Of a DNA stretch of 64,000 nt, positions 13,018 to 25,930 are shown piece after piece. A program made the translations under genes and the position numbers. Under the pieces are notes generated by a model. That model made no database searches. It saw nothing but the letters and a program-made list of their open reading frames with translations, and was not told the DNA's origin. Source of the DNA: Adineta vaga (Eukaryota; Animalia; Rotifera); assembly GCA_021613535.1 (NCBI GenBank), contig CP075496.1:3410001-3474000 (forward strand), read 5' to 3'. The stretch's first letter is position 1, and every line of letters begins with the position of its first letter.

Positions 13018-14281
13018 TTAAACAAATGTCGTTGATGAATTCCAAACTATAGGCATAGCAACAAACGCTAGAACAGCCAAAAAACTATTGATAATACCAA
13101 AACCCATTGCCTGGTTACCAGCAATTGTATCAAGTGACTTTAAACATCCATCGGTATAGAAATGATTGACAGCGTTGTTTTGGTTTGACACACAATCTTT
13201 AAAACAAAAAATTAAATATGTATTTCCTTTTTTTAAAGCATGCATTCATACGTACATGTAATCGTTGCATCACTAACTGTTGTAGCTTCACTTGTACAAC
13301 AAGAATATGGAAATGTGACACCGTAGGATAATGGTAAACCATAAATATCGCCATAGGTTCCAACTGTTTGCCGTTTTTGTCGAACGAGATTCGTGAGAGA
13401 AACGGAATCTTGCTGATGGAAATTATTAGAAACAGCATCTACGTTTCTTTTGGCATTTTTAACAGCGGCAGCAGCTGTTGTCGTGGTGGTGGTGGTGGTG
13501 GTAGTGGTACTCGTCATTGTTCCTGTTGTTGTCGTAGTAACGGTAGTCGTTGTAGTATTTGAAGGTGCGACAAGTTTAACATTTGCCCAATCCAGCCATG
13601 TGTGTGAACCACAACATTCATATTTTGTTTGGAACATATCAATTCTATCTTGAGCATCTGAATCACTTGCATATGCATTCATACTACTCATAAATCGTGT
13701 ACTGACAAAACCTAAAGATTTTGCATTAATAATAATCGCGGTCACTAATGACGCAATGGCCATGATGCCCACTGCACCGGCTAAACCAAATACAACTTTA
13801 CCTAAACGATAAAAAAAGAGTTCGTTCATATTACAAAATGTATTCTTTCGAAGAAGGAAAAGAAATCAATAACTATGATTCATTGCATATGTACGATAGG
13901 TTTGAAAATAAAAAGATACACCCAAATTAAACGACATTTCATAGTCAGATATGAGTCATACGAAAGAAAACCTATCATAAATATATCCAAAGACCAAAAA
14001 AACTGTGATTCATATGCAAGTACCGATTTAATACAAGAAAAACGTATATTACCTATTTTTGGAGAATCTGTCATAATTGAGAATGCACCTACGATACTAG
14101 TTACCAATCCAAATATACTAATAGCAATATTAAAACCACATAAACCTATTTGTGGACGAAAAAAATCGCCATATTTTCGAAAACTTCCAATAATACCGAT
14201 ACTAACGCCGAGATGAATGATTGAAAATAATAGAACTAAACCCATGATACTAAGTGGAAAAATACGACCCTTAATTTCCAT
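13018..14281 (-). CDS. atypical tetraspanin paralogue 1 (Thr-rich insert, KNAKR and RQKR sites), 3 exons
   Basis: Four hydrophobic helices; EC2 motifs QTKYECCG, PYSCC and GC before TM4; poly-Thr insert; C-terminus STTFV. Confidence 0.85.
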
Positions 14282-14427
14282 GTTGTTTGATAATAAAACT
14301 AAGATAACAGTTGATCAAATTTTGATGAAATTATCTAAAACGAAATAACAACAAACGTTAACACATTGAAATGTAGTCAAAAGCAAAACATGTAAGAGAA
14401 AAAAAAAGGAAGAAATATTATACGATG

Positions 14428-14442
14428 TAACGCATGAATGAA
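14428..14442. promoter_or_regulatory. 15-mer taacgcatgaatgaa shared upstream of the tetraspanins (Pax paired-site-like)
   Basis: Identical copy at 18270-18284 upstream of paralogue 3; degenerate copy caacggatgact at 16545-16556 upstream of paralogue 2. Confidence 0.45.
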
Positions 14443-15108
14443 GAAACACATAAAAGGACAGACAATTTATGACTCCATGAAAATAATGGTGATGCTGTTT
14501 TTTTGCTTTTACGCATAGGTATTTATTCACGAACAAAAACACAATCGGCCTTCACGATGAAGTTGATATTTTTAAAGATTAAAACAGATTTAATTCGTAA
14601 CGTTATACATAAGAATGCATACTTTACAAGGATTTCGAATCAAATCAAGTTGTACAACGTTTCAGAATGAAATTTTCTCTTAATTGAAATTGAGTTTAAT
14701 GAATTATATTAATGAAAAACACAAAAAAAACTTGTAGTTTTAATACAAATTATTTATATCGTATCATATTTATTTGACCTTATGTAAAGACACGTTCTCG
14801 ATTAATAAATTTCAGATGCATTGCAAACAGTTTCTTTCGAAGAAAGAAACTCAAAGTAAATGATAAAGCAATATGTTTTACAGAGAATCTTCATTCAATT
14901 AATAGCTTTATAATCTATTTCTAATACAAATCATTATTGATATTGTGTATTACATGAATATAATTACTATAACCTTCTTTTCAAGATCATAGCTGTCTAC
15001 TATATCGTTTTCAATTTTTGATTATATGAATCGATTTATATAAACAGTAAAACGGTGATAGAGTAGAAGACATTTATAATCAGTTTTTATTTAGTATTTC
15101 ATGACATT

Positions 15109-16427
15109 TCAAGTGTTTGCCGTTGTTGATGGCAGAAAATTACTGTATGACATATCAGTTTGATATTGAACTGGATTATATTGATAGGGTTCATTGCTAT
15201 ATTGTTGATATTGTGCTATCTGTGGATTATTAGGCATGCTTTGTGTATAATTTTGAGAAGAATCTTTTTCGAGGAGCAATGGAATAACGGCGATTGAAAG
15301 AACAACAAGAAAACTATTGATAACAGCAAGACCAAGTGTTTGACCAACAGCGAATTTGCCAAGTTTCTTTGAGCATCCATTAGGATGAATAGTATTTGTA
15401 ACATTATTTGCATTTGATATACAATCTAAGAATAAAATTGAAAAACAAATTTAAATCGATTTATAATTTGTTTTTATACGCCAAAAAGAAATTATTTACA
15501 TAAATTGGCTAGATTATCTGTTGATGAGAGATCATTTGTACAACAAGATTGTGGTAATGTAACACTAATTGATGTAAGTAAACCAACGATGGCATCAGTA
15601 TCTGTTTGGGCTTGTCGTTTTCGTCGAACTCCAGTTTGAACATCATTATTGAACATTTTTCCTGCTAAAACGGTTGTGTCAGCAGTAATTGTCGATGATG
15701 TTGTATCTGCATTTGTAGTTGAAGAAACAGTAAATACTGTCGTAGTATTCGATACGATAACTATTTCTGTTGTAGTGCTAGTTGTAGCCGTGGTTGTCGT
15801 GAAAATGATTCCTCCGTCGGTAGTAGTCGTTATATTGAACTGTGTAGCAGCTGTTGTTGTGTTCAAACCTGTAGCGATGGTTGTTACTGTATTATTAGTG
15901 CTCGGTGCTGTTGCATTTAGACCGACTGTCATCCAATCTAACCACGTATCTGAACCACAACAATCATAACTGGTTTGAATTTTATCAACAATATTTCTTG
16001 AATTTTGACTATTTTGATAATCAACCAGACGACTTTCAAAATGTGAACTAGCATAATTTATTGCTAACGAATTAATAATCAATGCAGTAATCAATGAAAC
16101 AAGTGCAAAGAATGCCAATGCAATGCTAGCAAATGCAGTTATTTTACCTAAAATAAAATACATAATATTGCAGATGATTAAAATTAGAATCGACGTACCC
16201 AATATTAATCGATTAGTTAACAGTGCCAACAGACCAAATATACCAATGACAATTCCATAAATACTTAGGACAACATTGAAAATAGCAAGACCTCTTTCTG
16301 GCTTGAAAATATCAGCATAATTTCGTACTTTGACGATAATACTAATACTAACACCGAGATGAATTATAGCAAAGATGAGAATCAATGCCATAAAGACAAT
16401 GCCAAATAGCCTTTTTAATCCTTGCAT
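15109..16427 (-). CDS. atypical tetraspanin paralogue 2 (long Thr-rich insert, RRKR site), 3 exons
   Basis: Four TM helices; QTSYDCCG, PQSCC and NGC. 51-nt intron at 16198-16148. The last exon encodes TM4 and a Q/Y-rich tail ending at 15109. Confidence 0.85.
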
Positions 16428-16875
16428 TATATCAATGTATCGTTTGTACCAATTTGTTAATAGATAAAAATATCTATTGTATGATGTGAATATGGGATAG
16501 ATTCTTTATATTCAAAATAATGATGACGATAATCATAATATAAGCAACGGATGACTAGAGATATATGGACAGAGAAAAGAATAAACATAAATAAAATAAA
16601 GAGAAAAAAGAAATATATTTAGAGAAAGTTATTGAGTCTATCATGAATCAAGGTGATGCAAACGAAAAACGTGAAATATATAACGTGGCGTCAGATATCT
16701 TGTTTAAATTATACGTAACATATCGATAGGGATAAATACTACTAATTTATGTTCACTCTTCTTGTTTATGAATTAAATGTTATCGAAAACTGACTGAATA
16801 TTCATTGAGATTATATTTTTGCAAAAAAAATTCACAAATAGATAATTATACAAGTATTCTATTAAAATTTTAATG

Positions 16876-18181
16876 TTATTGATAAACTGTATATGTCGGT
16901 GCAGCATAGATTGGAGCGGAATACACTGGAGGAGCAACATTCCCCGTTGGATAGTTATACTGTCCATTTGGAATACTAGGATTCATGACATAACCTCCAT
17001 TTTGCATCTCTTGATATTGTGGTTGTTGGGTTCCATCTTGTAGATCATCTTTATCTTCTGCTTTATTTTTTGGAGGAACCATATGCGTAAGTACCATAAC
17101 AAATACAAATGAAAGTATAAACAAACAAACATTTATAACAGCAATACCAGTTATTTGAGAAACAATAGTATTTGCAACGGGTCCTAAACATCCACTTACA
17201 TAGAAATTCGTTGTACCATTTCCAGCATTAAATATACAAACTAAATAAATTCAGTAAAAATGATTGTATTACTAAATGTAGAGGTATAGACTTACATCCA
17301 CCAAGTGTATTAGCTGTAGCAGTTCCTCCATTTTTACAACACGACAATGGTAAATTGATAGTATAAGTTGTAGGTAAGCCATAGATACTACTACTAGAAG
17401 CTATATCTCGTCTTAGTCGCATAGCTTGATGTAAAGGATCTGATTCTTGTTGTAAATCTTGACGACGCTTTCTACCAGAACTACCTAGTAACAAAAATAG
17501 TAAGCATTATTCGAAACTTTCAAATGATAAAAACATACCAACAATTGAACCAGTATTTATACCGTTGCTAACTCCAGTACCTACACCGGTGTTGGATCCA
17601 GAACCAGTAGTAATTACTGTGCCACCTGTACCTGCGTTGTTGCCTGTACCTACAGTTGAAGCACCCAATGAGATTCGTCCCCAATCAAGCCATAAATTTT
17701 CACCACAACAATCATATCTTGTTTGTATACTATCCACCACATAAATAGAATCATCGTTCGAATTGTATGAATTCATACGATACTCCATACGTGATCTTAA
17801 ATAACCAATTGCTTGAGAATTTAGAATAAGTGCAGTAATCAATGATGCCAATGAAAGAATACCTAATACAAGCGCACAAATCGATGCAGGTCGAACTAAA
17901 AGTATATATATCTATGTATTTTTTGACATTCCAACAAGAAAGAAATAATTACATAGACTAGAACGTTGTGTAGTGATAACAATCAAACTTAATATACCAA
18001 CTATAATTCCAAAAATACCAAAAACAATATTGTATATAGCTAATGCGACTGGTTGTTTAAATATATCCTTATAACGATTAAATCCTTTAGCAATGCCAAT
18101 ACCAACACCAAAATGAATGATTGAAAAGATTAAAAGAAGTGCTGCTACAATTAAACCTCGTATTCTTGCTGACAAAGCCAT
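16876..18181 (-). CDS. atypical tetraspanin paralogue 3 (Gly/Thr insert, RKRR and RLRR sites), 4 exons
   Basis: Four TM helices; QTRYDCCG, PLSCC and SGC; P/Y/Q-rich tail containing PPVY. Confidence 0.85.
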
Positions 18182-18697
18182 TTGTACGTTTTAATCTTAT
18201 AAAATTTCAAAAATATGCGTTACCGAGTGTATTACGTGCTTTTATAGTATTTAGTTAAATCTATCTATATAACGCATGAATGAATATAAATACACCGAAA
18301 TACAGAGAGGATCGAGTACATAATTTTGTTTTCCTTTAGAAAACATTTTACTATAAACAATAGATCATGCTTTAATATGAATCGTGGACGTGCAATTAAT
18401 TGTACTCAATATGCACGTAGTTTTGTTTTGCTATAAATTAGTCATAAATAAAAAGAAAAGATATCTTATGACGTAAATGTTTTAATATACTTTTTCGTTT
18501 TCTTTTTTTTTTCGTTCTGTTGTTATCAAAAAATGATCACCAATGAATATAGCTCTTCACTTTCATCTTTTTTAAATTAATAAAGAAGACAATAGACTTC
18601 GTTTGTAAAAGGTTTCTTTTTATATGGCAAAGAAATAGACAGACAAATATATATCATTTGGACAGACAAAAGAAAACGAAAACGAAAAGTAACTGTA

Positions 18698-21600
18698 TTA
18701 GACAACACATTCGTGAGATGAAATAAAACTTTTCATATTTGTTGAACGATCAATGAGTGTTTCAGGTTGAGGATTCGGAATTGTCGATGCTGAAGATGAC
18801 CTTGAAAGATTTAAACTACTAAATCCATAATCTGTACTTGAAGATTGTGGAATCGGTGGTAAATCATTCAAGTATATACATGTTGGATGTTGATTTTTTC
18901 GTAATAATTCAGCTAATTTAATATCATATTGATACGCAGATGTTGATGGATACATTGGAATCGTTGCTTCTTTTCGATTAGACCATGTATCAGTTGATGA
19001 TGCTGTCGATGAAGTAGAATGTCCGTTCACAATACATGCCGAATCATCTAAATAGAGAGATTATTGAAAAAGAAAGTTTTCAATTTTTTTTATTTTAAAC
19101 TTACGATCATCATCACGAATTGTCGAATCAGATGAACTTTTATATTGATCACTTGCATTGTCAATCTACGAAAAAATAAAACAATCAATTAATAAATAAT
19201 AAACGAAAGTTTTTTCTTTTACTTTTTCATTATTATAATCATCGTTATATTGTAAGAAACTATGATGATGCATAGAAGCTAATTTCTCATCACGTTGTCG
19301 TGATTTTCGACAACATAAACAAATAATAATTGAAAATAGTATAATACATATAAATGTAATTGATAAAGCTAAACTCATTGCATAAATTAATACTAAACGA
19401 TTATCTGTTGATCGAAATAATTGACAGGAATTTAAAAGTGAACTATTACATATATCAATTTGAAGTTTATGAATGGAATTATTTTGTGTATAATCATCGA
19501 TTAAATTGAATAATAAAAGATATGATGAAGCTAATGGATAAGATATTAAACGAAGTTCACCTGATGAACTGATATTCCACCATGATGCTAAATTACTATG
19601 ATTTAAATAGATTCTTGGTTCATATGTATGATTATTGAAGGTTGTTATATCGAGAATAAATGCAATGTGATTTTGTGTATTGATATCAATAGTTGTACGT
19701 TGAAGAGATAAAGGTAAAAGTTTTGGTAAATATTCATCAGTTAATGAATTTGATTGAAGATTTATTGTTAAGATTTGTTTCGTTGAACGAGCATTGATGG
19801 AATCATAATCTGTTGCAGTGATTTCAAATTTATATGATAATGATGAACATGTAGTCATGGAAGATTCATATGGAATGTAAACATAACCAAGAGAAGTGAT
19901 ATTAAGAATCAAACATGGATCGAATGAATGAATTGAATAATGAATAAGACCAAATAAACCTGAATCAGCATCTACCGCTGAAATTCGTCCAAGAACAATT
20001 CCCGGTTGAAGTATTGTTTTCGAATGTGTCCAATTATATGATTGAGATTGATCGAATTCAGGTGAATGATCATTTATATCATAAATACGTAAGCTAATTT
20101 TGATTTGATTTGATAACGATGGTTGTCCATGATCTCGTAGTTCAATAAGAAATTCTAAATCAATTGTTGTTTGATGTTTCTCTTGAAATTTCTTTAAAAT
20201 TTCGAAATCAATCGATTGATTTAAACTCATTTCACCTGTTTGAGAATTAATAATTAATAAATTTGTTTGATTCAATAAACGATATTCCACACGAGCATTA
20301 TCACCTAAATCACAATCATATGCATTTAATCGATCGATCACATAACCAATAGGATTATTTTCATTCACATGATAAATTGTTGAATTTGTTAATAATTTTG
20401 GTATACAATCATTGATATCTGTTACATTTAATAGAACAACTAATTGTGTATGTAATGTTGGTGTACCAGAATCATGTGCAAGAAATTGAATGTTATTATA
20501 AAGAGCTTTGAATTCTCGATCGAGCTTTTGATGAAGTATTAAAGAATAAAGTTTCATATTTTGAAATGTATTTTGATAAATTAATTTATAAATTAATGGT
20601 AATGGTGGTTCACTTGTTCGTAATTGTAGATATGGATTTCCATTAGCTTGAAAGAAAAATAAATTCAAGGTAATGAAAAATTTACTTAACAATTGTAAGT
20701 TTTAAAATATTCTATGAAATTGAACAATAAGTCAAACAAAGTGATACTTAAACGTCATTCAATTGTTCATGGCATAAAACAACTAGGCGATGGATTACAT
20801 CATTTTGTTATTCTAAGTGAAGTGTTTTATAAAAAGTACTCGTAAGAATTACTTCATTTTTTTTCTATCGAACAATAATATATGCACAATTTAGAATTAA
20901 ATGTGTTATTCTTTAAACTATGACCTTGCTCAAATAGTTCAATACTTGAAAAAACCTTTTTTTTCCTTGTAAGAATCAGTTACTTACTGAAAGAGTCCAG
21001 ATCATTAAGAATAACATGAGCAATTGTTGTACCAATAGATGTATTTTCAGGAATGAAAAGAACAGTTTTGTCATTATCTTTGCGTTCTAATGTTGTATTG
21101 CCTAAATTTAAGATAGAATTTTTATCGGAGATTTTAATGTACTGTTTTACCTTCCACTAAAATTCTCATAGAAACAGGATTATCATTAATATCAATAACA
21201 CGAATGAAGATATTTGCATAAGTTGGAAGGGAATATTCAAATGCTTTAATTGTTAATCGATAGGATTTTTCTCGTTCATAATCTAAAGTTTTACTCAATT
21301 GAATTTGTCCAGTTAAACGATCAATAATAAATGGTGATTCAGTTAATAATTCATAGAAAATCTTCTCATTTTTATCACTAATTGCTTCAATATTTAAAAT
21401 TGTTGTACCAATAACTGTATCTTCTCGTATATCAATATTATAGACTGATTGTAAGAATGTTGGCATTGAATCATTCATATTTAAAATTCGAATATCTAAT
21501 TGAATGGAATCAGAACGTGATTGGTCACCATGATCCGATGCAATTAATGTCAATGAATACGATGTTTGACGTTGTCGATCAAGTGATGAACGAACAATTA

Positions 21601-22262
21601 AATAAGGTATATCAAATGAAGAAAAATCAATATCAAAATCATCTGAATTCATTCCATGTAATCGGTAAGATTGTATACTATTCGATCCTAAAAATACAAA
21701 GAAACAAAAGTTTAGTCGATAGTCGGGTCAATATTTCCTTGAGGGGGTTTTATTCTCTCTTTGTTTTGCAATAGTGTCAACAACACATACCTTCGTCAGG
21801 ATCGCTTGCACTTGGTAAAACAATTCGATAGCCTAAAGGAACATTTTCTTTGATATAAACGATAGGTATGATCGATTGATGATCGAAATTCGGTGAATGA
21901 TCATTGAGATCTTTTATTTTAATTTCGATAATTTTTGAAAGAATTTTTCCTTGAATATCGACGAGAAGTTGAAGAATAATTTCACATAAAGTACATGAAC
22001 ATTGTTGTCTTGAGCACATTTGATCACGATCAATTCGAGATTGAATTTTTAATAGACCAGTTTGATTATTAATAGAAAATAAATTTTCATTCATTGGTAA
22101 TAATTCATAGATACGAAAGGATCCAGATGTTTGCAATTTCAATTCTTGAGATAAATCAGCAATAATTGTATCGATTGGTGATTTTTCTTCAATGGTATAT
22201 TTTAAAATCGTATGACTGGAAATCGATGGAAGAATTAGGAGAGAAAAAATTAGAAAGAACAT
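18698..22262 (-). CDS. protocadherin-like protein (signal peptide, about 6 cadherin repeats, TM, cytoplasmic tail), multi-exon
   Basis: Repeated DxNDxxP, LDRE/LDYE and AxDxG motifs; Cys-containing EC1 (IDRDQMC); TM LVLIYAMSLALSITFICIILFSIIICLCC; Ser-rich tail. Confidence 0.9.
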
Positions 22263-24609
22263 GATCAATCTGAAAAAGAATGAAATTGATTTCTTTCGAA
22301 AGATTCATTTCGAACAAATTGTTCACTATACTTGGACAATTACTTTTACTTTCTTACTTTGCACATGATGTATTCAATCAATGATCTGTCCAATATATAT
22401 AGACAGTAGTCAATCTTTCGTTCATCTATCAACCTTCAAGTTGCTTTTTTTGAACAAACAGAAAAACTCGATGGAGATGAATGGAATGAGAACAGAAAGC
22501 GAGGGAGAGAGAGAGAGCGACGAAGGAGGAGAAGAAAGAGAGAAAGAAGAAGGTCACTTTACGCCCGTTGGGCAAGAGAGTGTCGAAAATTGAATTCAAT
22601 AATCGATGGCAATCAGAATAAGGAAAGAATTCTTCTTCAATTGAATGAAACCTCTTCAATTAAAATTCAAACGAGGAAACCATCTAACAATCTATGGAAA
22701 AAAAAGATAATATTATCATTTTTCTCCTAATCAAAACTTATTCCCATGATAGTTACAAAGAATACTAGTTACTTTTTTTTCTTCTTTATTCAATATCAAT
22801 TGATTTCAAGTCTACAATGATCAACTCTTGAACTGTATAAACGAAAAGAATCCACTTGAAAATTAAGTCAATAGACAGAAGAAGAAAAGAATTTTGAACA
22901 ATGAGAACCGACCTGTTTGGAAAGGAGTCTGTCTTTTATATGTATTGTATCTTTATGCCATGAAGACATGAACGAAAGAGCAGATATATATATATGTATA
23001 CATATGTGATCGGTGACGAATTCTACTCATTAAAGATACTTTTTGATGTTGAGCATTCTTTTCGATTGGTGTTCAATATGAGAAGGAAAAAATATTCATT
23101 CATCAAACAAACATGAAAAGCAGAGTACCGGAACTGGAACTGTTGCAGAATTCATAGGCATGAAAAAAGAAAGGAAATTGTATATGTTTATTTTAGAAAA
23201 ATCTTGTCTTGAAAACGAATCCGAACGGAAATCAATTTTGTTGACTGATCCGATAAGCAATAGAGAAGAAAACACACAAAAATATACCGTCGTCTATCTC
23301 TGATGTGATCATATCATGACAGGTATACTCACAAGTGACAATGTTGAATAATAACAACAACAACAACAACACATTGAAATACCATTGAAAGGACAAGAAA
23401 AAGCTCAGAATTTTAACCAATTGATATCCTGCAGATAATCATCCTGTTAGAAATAAACAATTGACTTTTTAATTTCATTTCTACCATCAATTTTTCACAT
23501 CATTGTCACAGTCTGTTCGAATGTTTAGAGATCAATCATTGACTATGACCAATGTCATCAGCATCTTAATGAATGCAAAACAAAATATAAAATTGAATTT
23601 CCTTTCCACTCTTCATCACTCTACACTTGACTAACAACAATTGAGAACATTCTTGAACTGGACAGATGTGTATAAAGTGTTTCTATGTGGAAGAATATTT
23701 TAATATAATCATCGACATGTCAACAATTCGGATTTTTTTTGTTTTAGACATATATAGAAAAAGAAAACACTTGCACACTGTTATTAATCCTCGTTTTCAA
23801 TCATGTTGCAGATGCTTATATTCAATATGATCAGTTTTGTCAATATTAAAAAGCATATATTCAAATCATGTCATCATTGAATGATTTCAATGTGTTGTTT
23901 TTCTTAAGAATAACATAAACATTATAGACAACAACGAGAGATTAGGAATATGTTTCACGAAAATGATCAATCATATTAATAAGACGAAAAACAAATCACA
24001 GCACGTAGACTATTATGAAAGAAGAGTAAACGATTGTAAAATATTCGATTTCCGATGGAGAATTCGTACTGATTCTAAGTGGCAGATGGAATTTTATTGG
24101 ATTAGATGGTGATTTACTGATTTGTAATCAGTGCTATTGTGAAGAAATTTTCTAACGATGATCATTGCTGATTAGAAGCGTCAATCGATGTAATGATCAG
24201 AAACGACTAGCTAATGAAATCACACATTTAAATAACGATGTCTCGATCTTTCTTTTGTACTTATTAGACAGAATAATGTATGAAAGGGTATTTCAGTAGA
24301 AATTTTCATGTGTGGCTGAAACTTACAGTAAAAGCCAATAATATCATTATTATATGACTCATATACAAATGATATGATGTTATTTTTCTTTCGTTTTGGA
24401 TACATCAAGAAGATATGATCAAATAGTGTAAATCACCTAAGCAAAGAAAAGAAGTAACGGATGATATGAATGTAATGAATTTTGAGTTCAGATCGATTAA
24501 CACTTCTGAAAGAAAAATCTTTACAATTTGATCAAAACCTATGTTGTTCTAGATCAATTTCGTAATTCTTTTTCTCGTGATGTTCGCTCATCCATCAAAA
24601 AAATAAGAA

Positions 24610-24828
24610 TGACGCAAATCGAAAAAATAATTTATTAATAAACAATACAATCATATCTGAGGACAAAACATATAGATTTTGTAAGCAATTAAATATGTTA
24701 CTTATTTTCTGACGTCAATTGCTTTACTAAAAGAGCAAGGACTTGCCCAAAATATGACGTATTACATACAGATCACTGTTTTTTTTTGCCTTTTCTAATC
24801 TGTATTACATTTATTTCTTCTATATAAA
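24610..24828 (+). promoter_or_regulatory. putative promoter with CRE/ATF sites and a TATA box
   Basis: TGACGTCA at 24710-24717, TGACG half-sites at 24610 and 24755, TATATAAA at 24821-24828, about 60 bp before the ATG at 24887. Confidence 0.4.
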
Positions 24829-24886
24829 TGGAGACATATATTCGCGTATCTATTACAAATCAAAACGAAAACATTAAAACATAACG

Positions 24887-25930
24887 ATGTCAGTTCATCA
24901 TGTATCTCCAGCATTATTATGTCAGTTAAATCCACATTCAAGTGATAGTACATTTAAAAAATCTTGTGAAACAGTTCTTCAACAAACCAAACTTCCTGAA
25001 ACATGTATTCTTTCAAAAATTTTTGCATATGATAATCCTGAACAACCCTATATTGATGATCATGAACATGTCTACATCTGGTATCTAGCAATAGGTAGTA
25101 TGATCAATCCTATATCGTTACATTTACGTGACATTACACCATTAATATCGTATCCAGCTGTATGTCCCAATCATCGATTAGTTTTTCGTGATCGTAGTGG
25201 TATGGCTGATATTGATTTTAGTCCCGGCGACGAATTTGATGGTGTTGTACATTTAGTACCTATTGAACAAATGGATTGTTTAGATCAAGTTGAACATATG
25301 TATACAAAGATTATTGTTCCTATCATTGATTATCAACAACGTTCACATCTTGTTTATGTTTATAAAATGAATCCAAATGGACATGAAGAAAGACCAGTTG
25401 GTATACCGTCAGAACGTTATTTAGATATTATTGTTAAAGGTTGTGAATATTTTGGTGTACGTTCATCCTATATTAATCATTTGAAAAATAAACAAATTGT
25501 TATTCCTCGAAAATCACCAAATACCTATCAAACAATTGATGATATTCCAGATAATGTTTACTTTACTAGTGCAGATCTTGCTAAACATGATGGAAAAGAT
25601 CCAACGATTCCTCTATGGATCAGTGTCAATGGAAAAGTATTGGAATATACTGGTTTACCACCAGCAGATCATTCAGATTATGAGAATCAAAAACGATTCT
25701 ATGATTTTGTTCTATCATATTTCGGTGGACGAGAAGTAGTTTATGCTATATCACGAGCTTGGTATGAACCAATGTTTAAATTACCATTGAATGATGATGA
25801 TATCTGTGATGATCATCGTGCCTTAGCAGAAGATATGTGTGTTTCATGGGGTTTGAATTGTGGTGGTGATACTAGTGCATCCTATTGGAAGCCAATTGGA
25901 AGAATATGTCAAATATCTAAGACTGAATAA
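24887..25930 (+). CDS. intronless gamma-glutamylcyclotransferase (GGCT/AIG2-like) domain fused to a cytochrome b5-like heme/steroid-binding domain
   Basis: N-terminal WYLAIGSMIN, LDQVE and PSERYLDIIVKGCEYFG fit the GGCT fold. C-terminal YFTSADLAKHDGKDPTIPLWISVNGKV fits the start of a cytochrome b5-like (MAPR-type) domain. Single 347-aa ORF. Confidence 0.75.
   Translation: MSVHHVSPALLCQLNPHSSDSTFKKSCETVLQQTKLPETCILSKIFAYDNPEQPYIDDHEHVYIWYLAIGSMINPISLHLRDITPLISYPAVCPNHRLVFRDRSGMADIDFSPGDEFDGVVHLVPIEQMDCLDQVEHMYTKIIVPIIDYQQRSHLVYVYKMNPNGHEERPVGIPSERYLDIIVKGCEYFGVRSSYINHLKNKQIVIPRKSPNTYQTIDDIPDNVYFTSADLAKHDGKDPTIPLWISVNGKVLEYTGLPPADHSDYENQKRFYDFVLSYFGGREVVYAISRAWYEPMFKLPLNDDDICDDHRALAEDMCVSWGLNCGGDTSASYWKPIGRICQISKTE

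Noticed and set aside
13450-13653. Plus-strand Val-rich ORFs (also 15649-15969)
   Set aside because: Antisense shadows of the Thr-rich tetraspanin inserts.
16148-16198. Stop-free 3n introns (51 nt here; 57 nt at 45660-45716) as regulated intron retention
   Set aside because: Short introns are often in frame and stop-free by chance; there is no evidence of retention.
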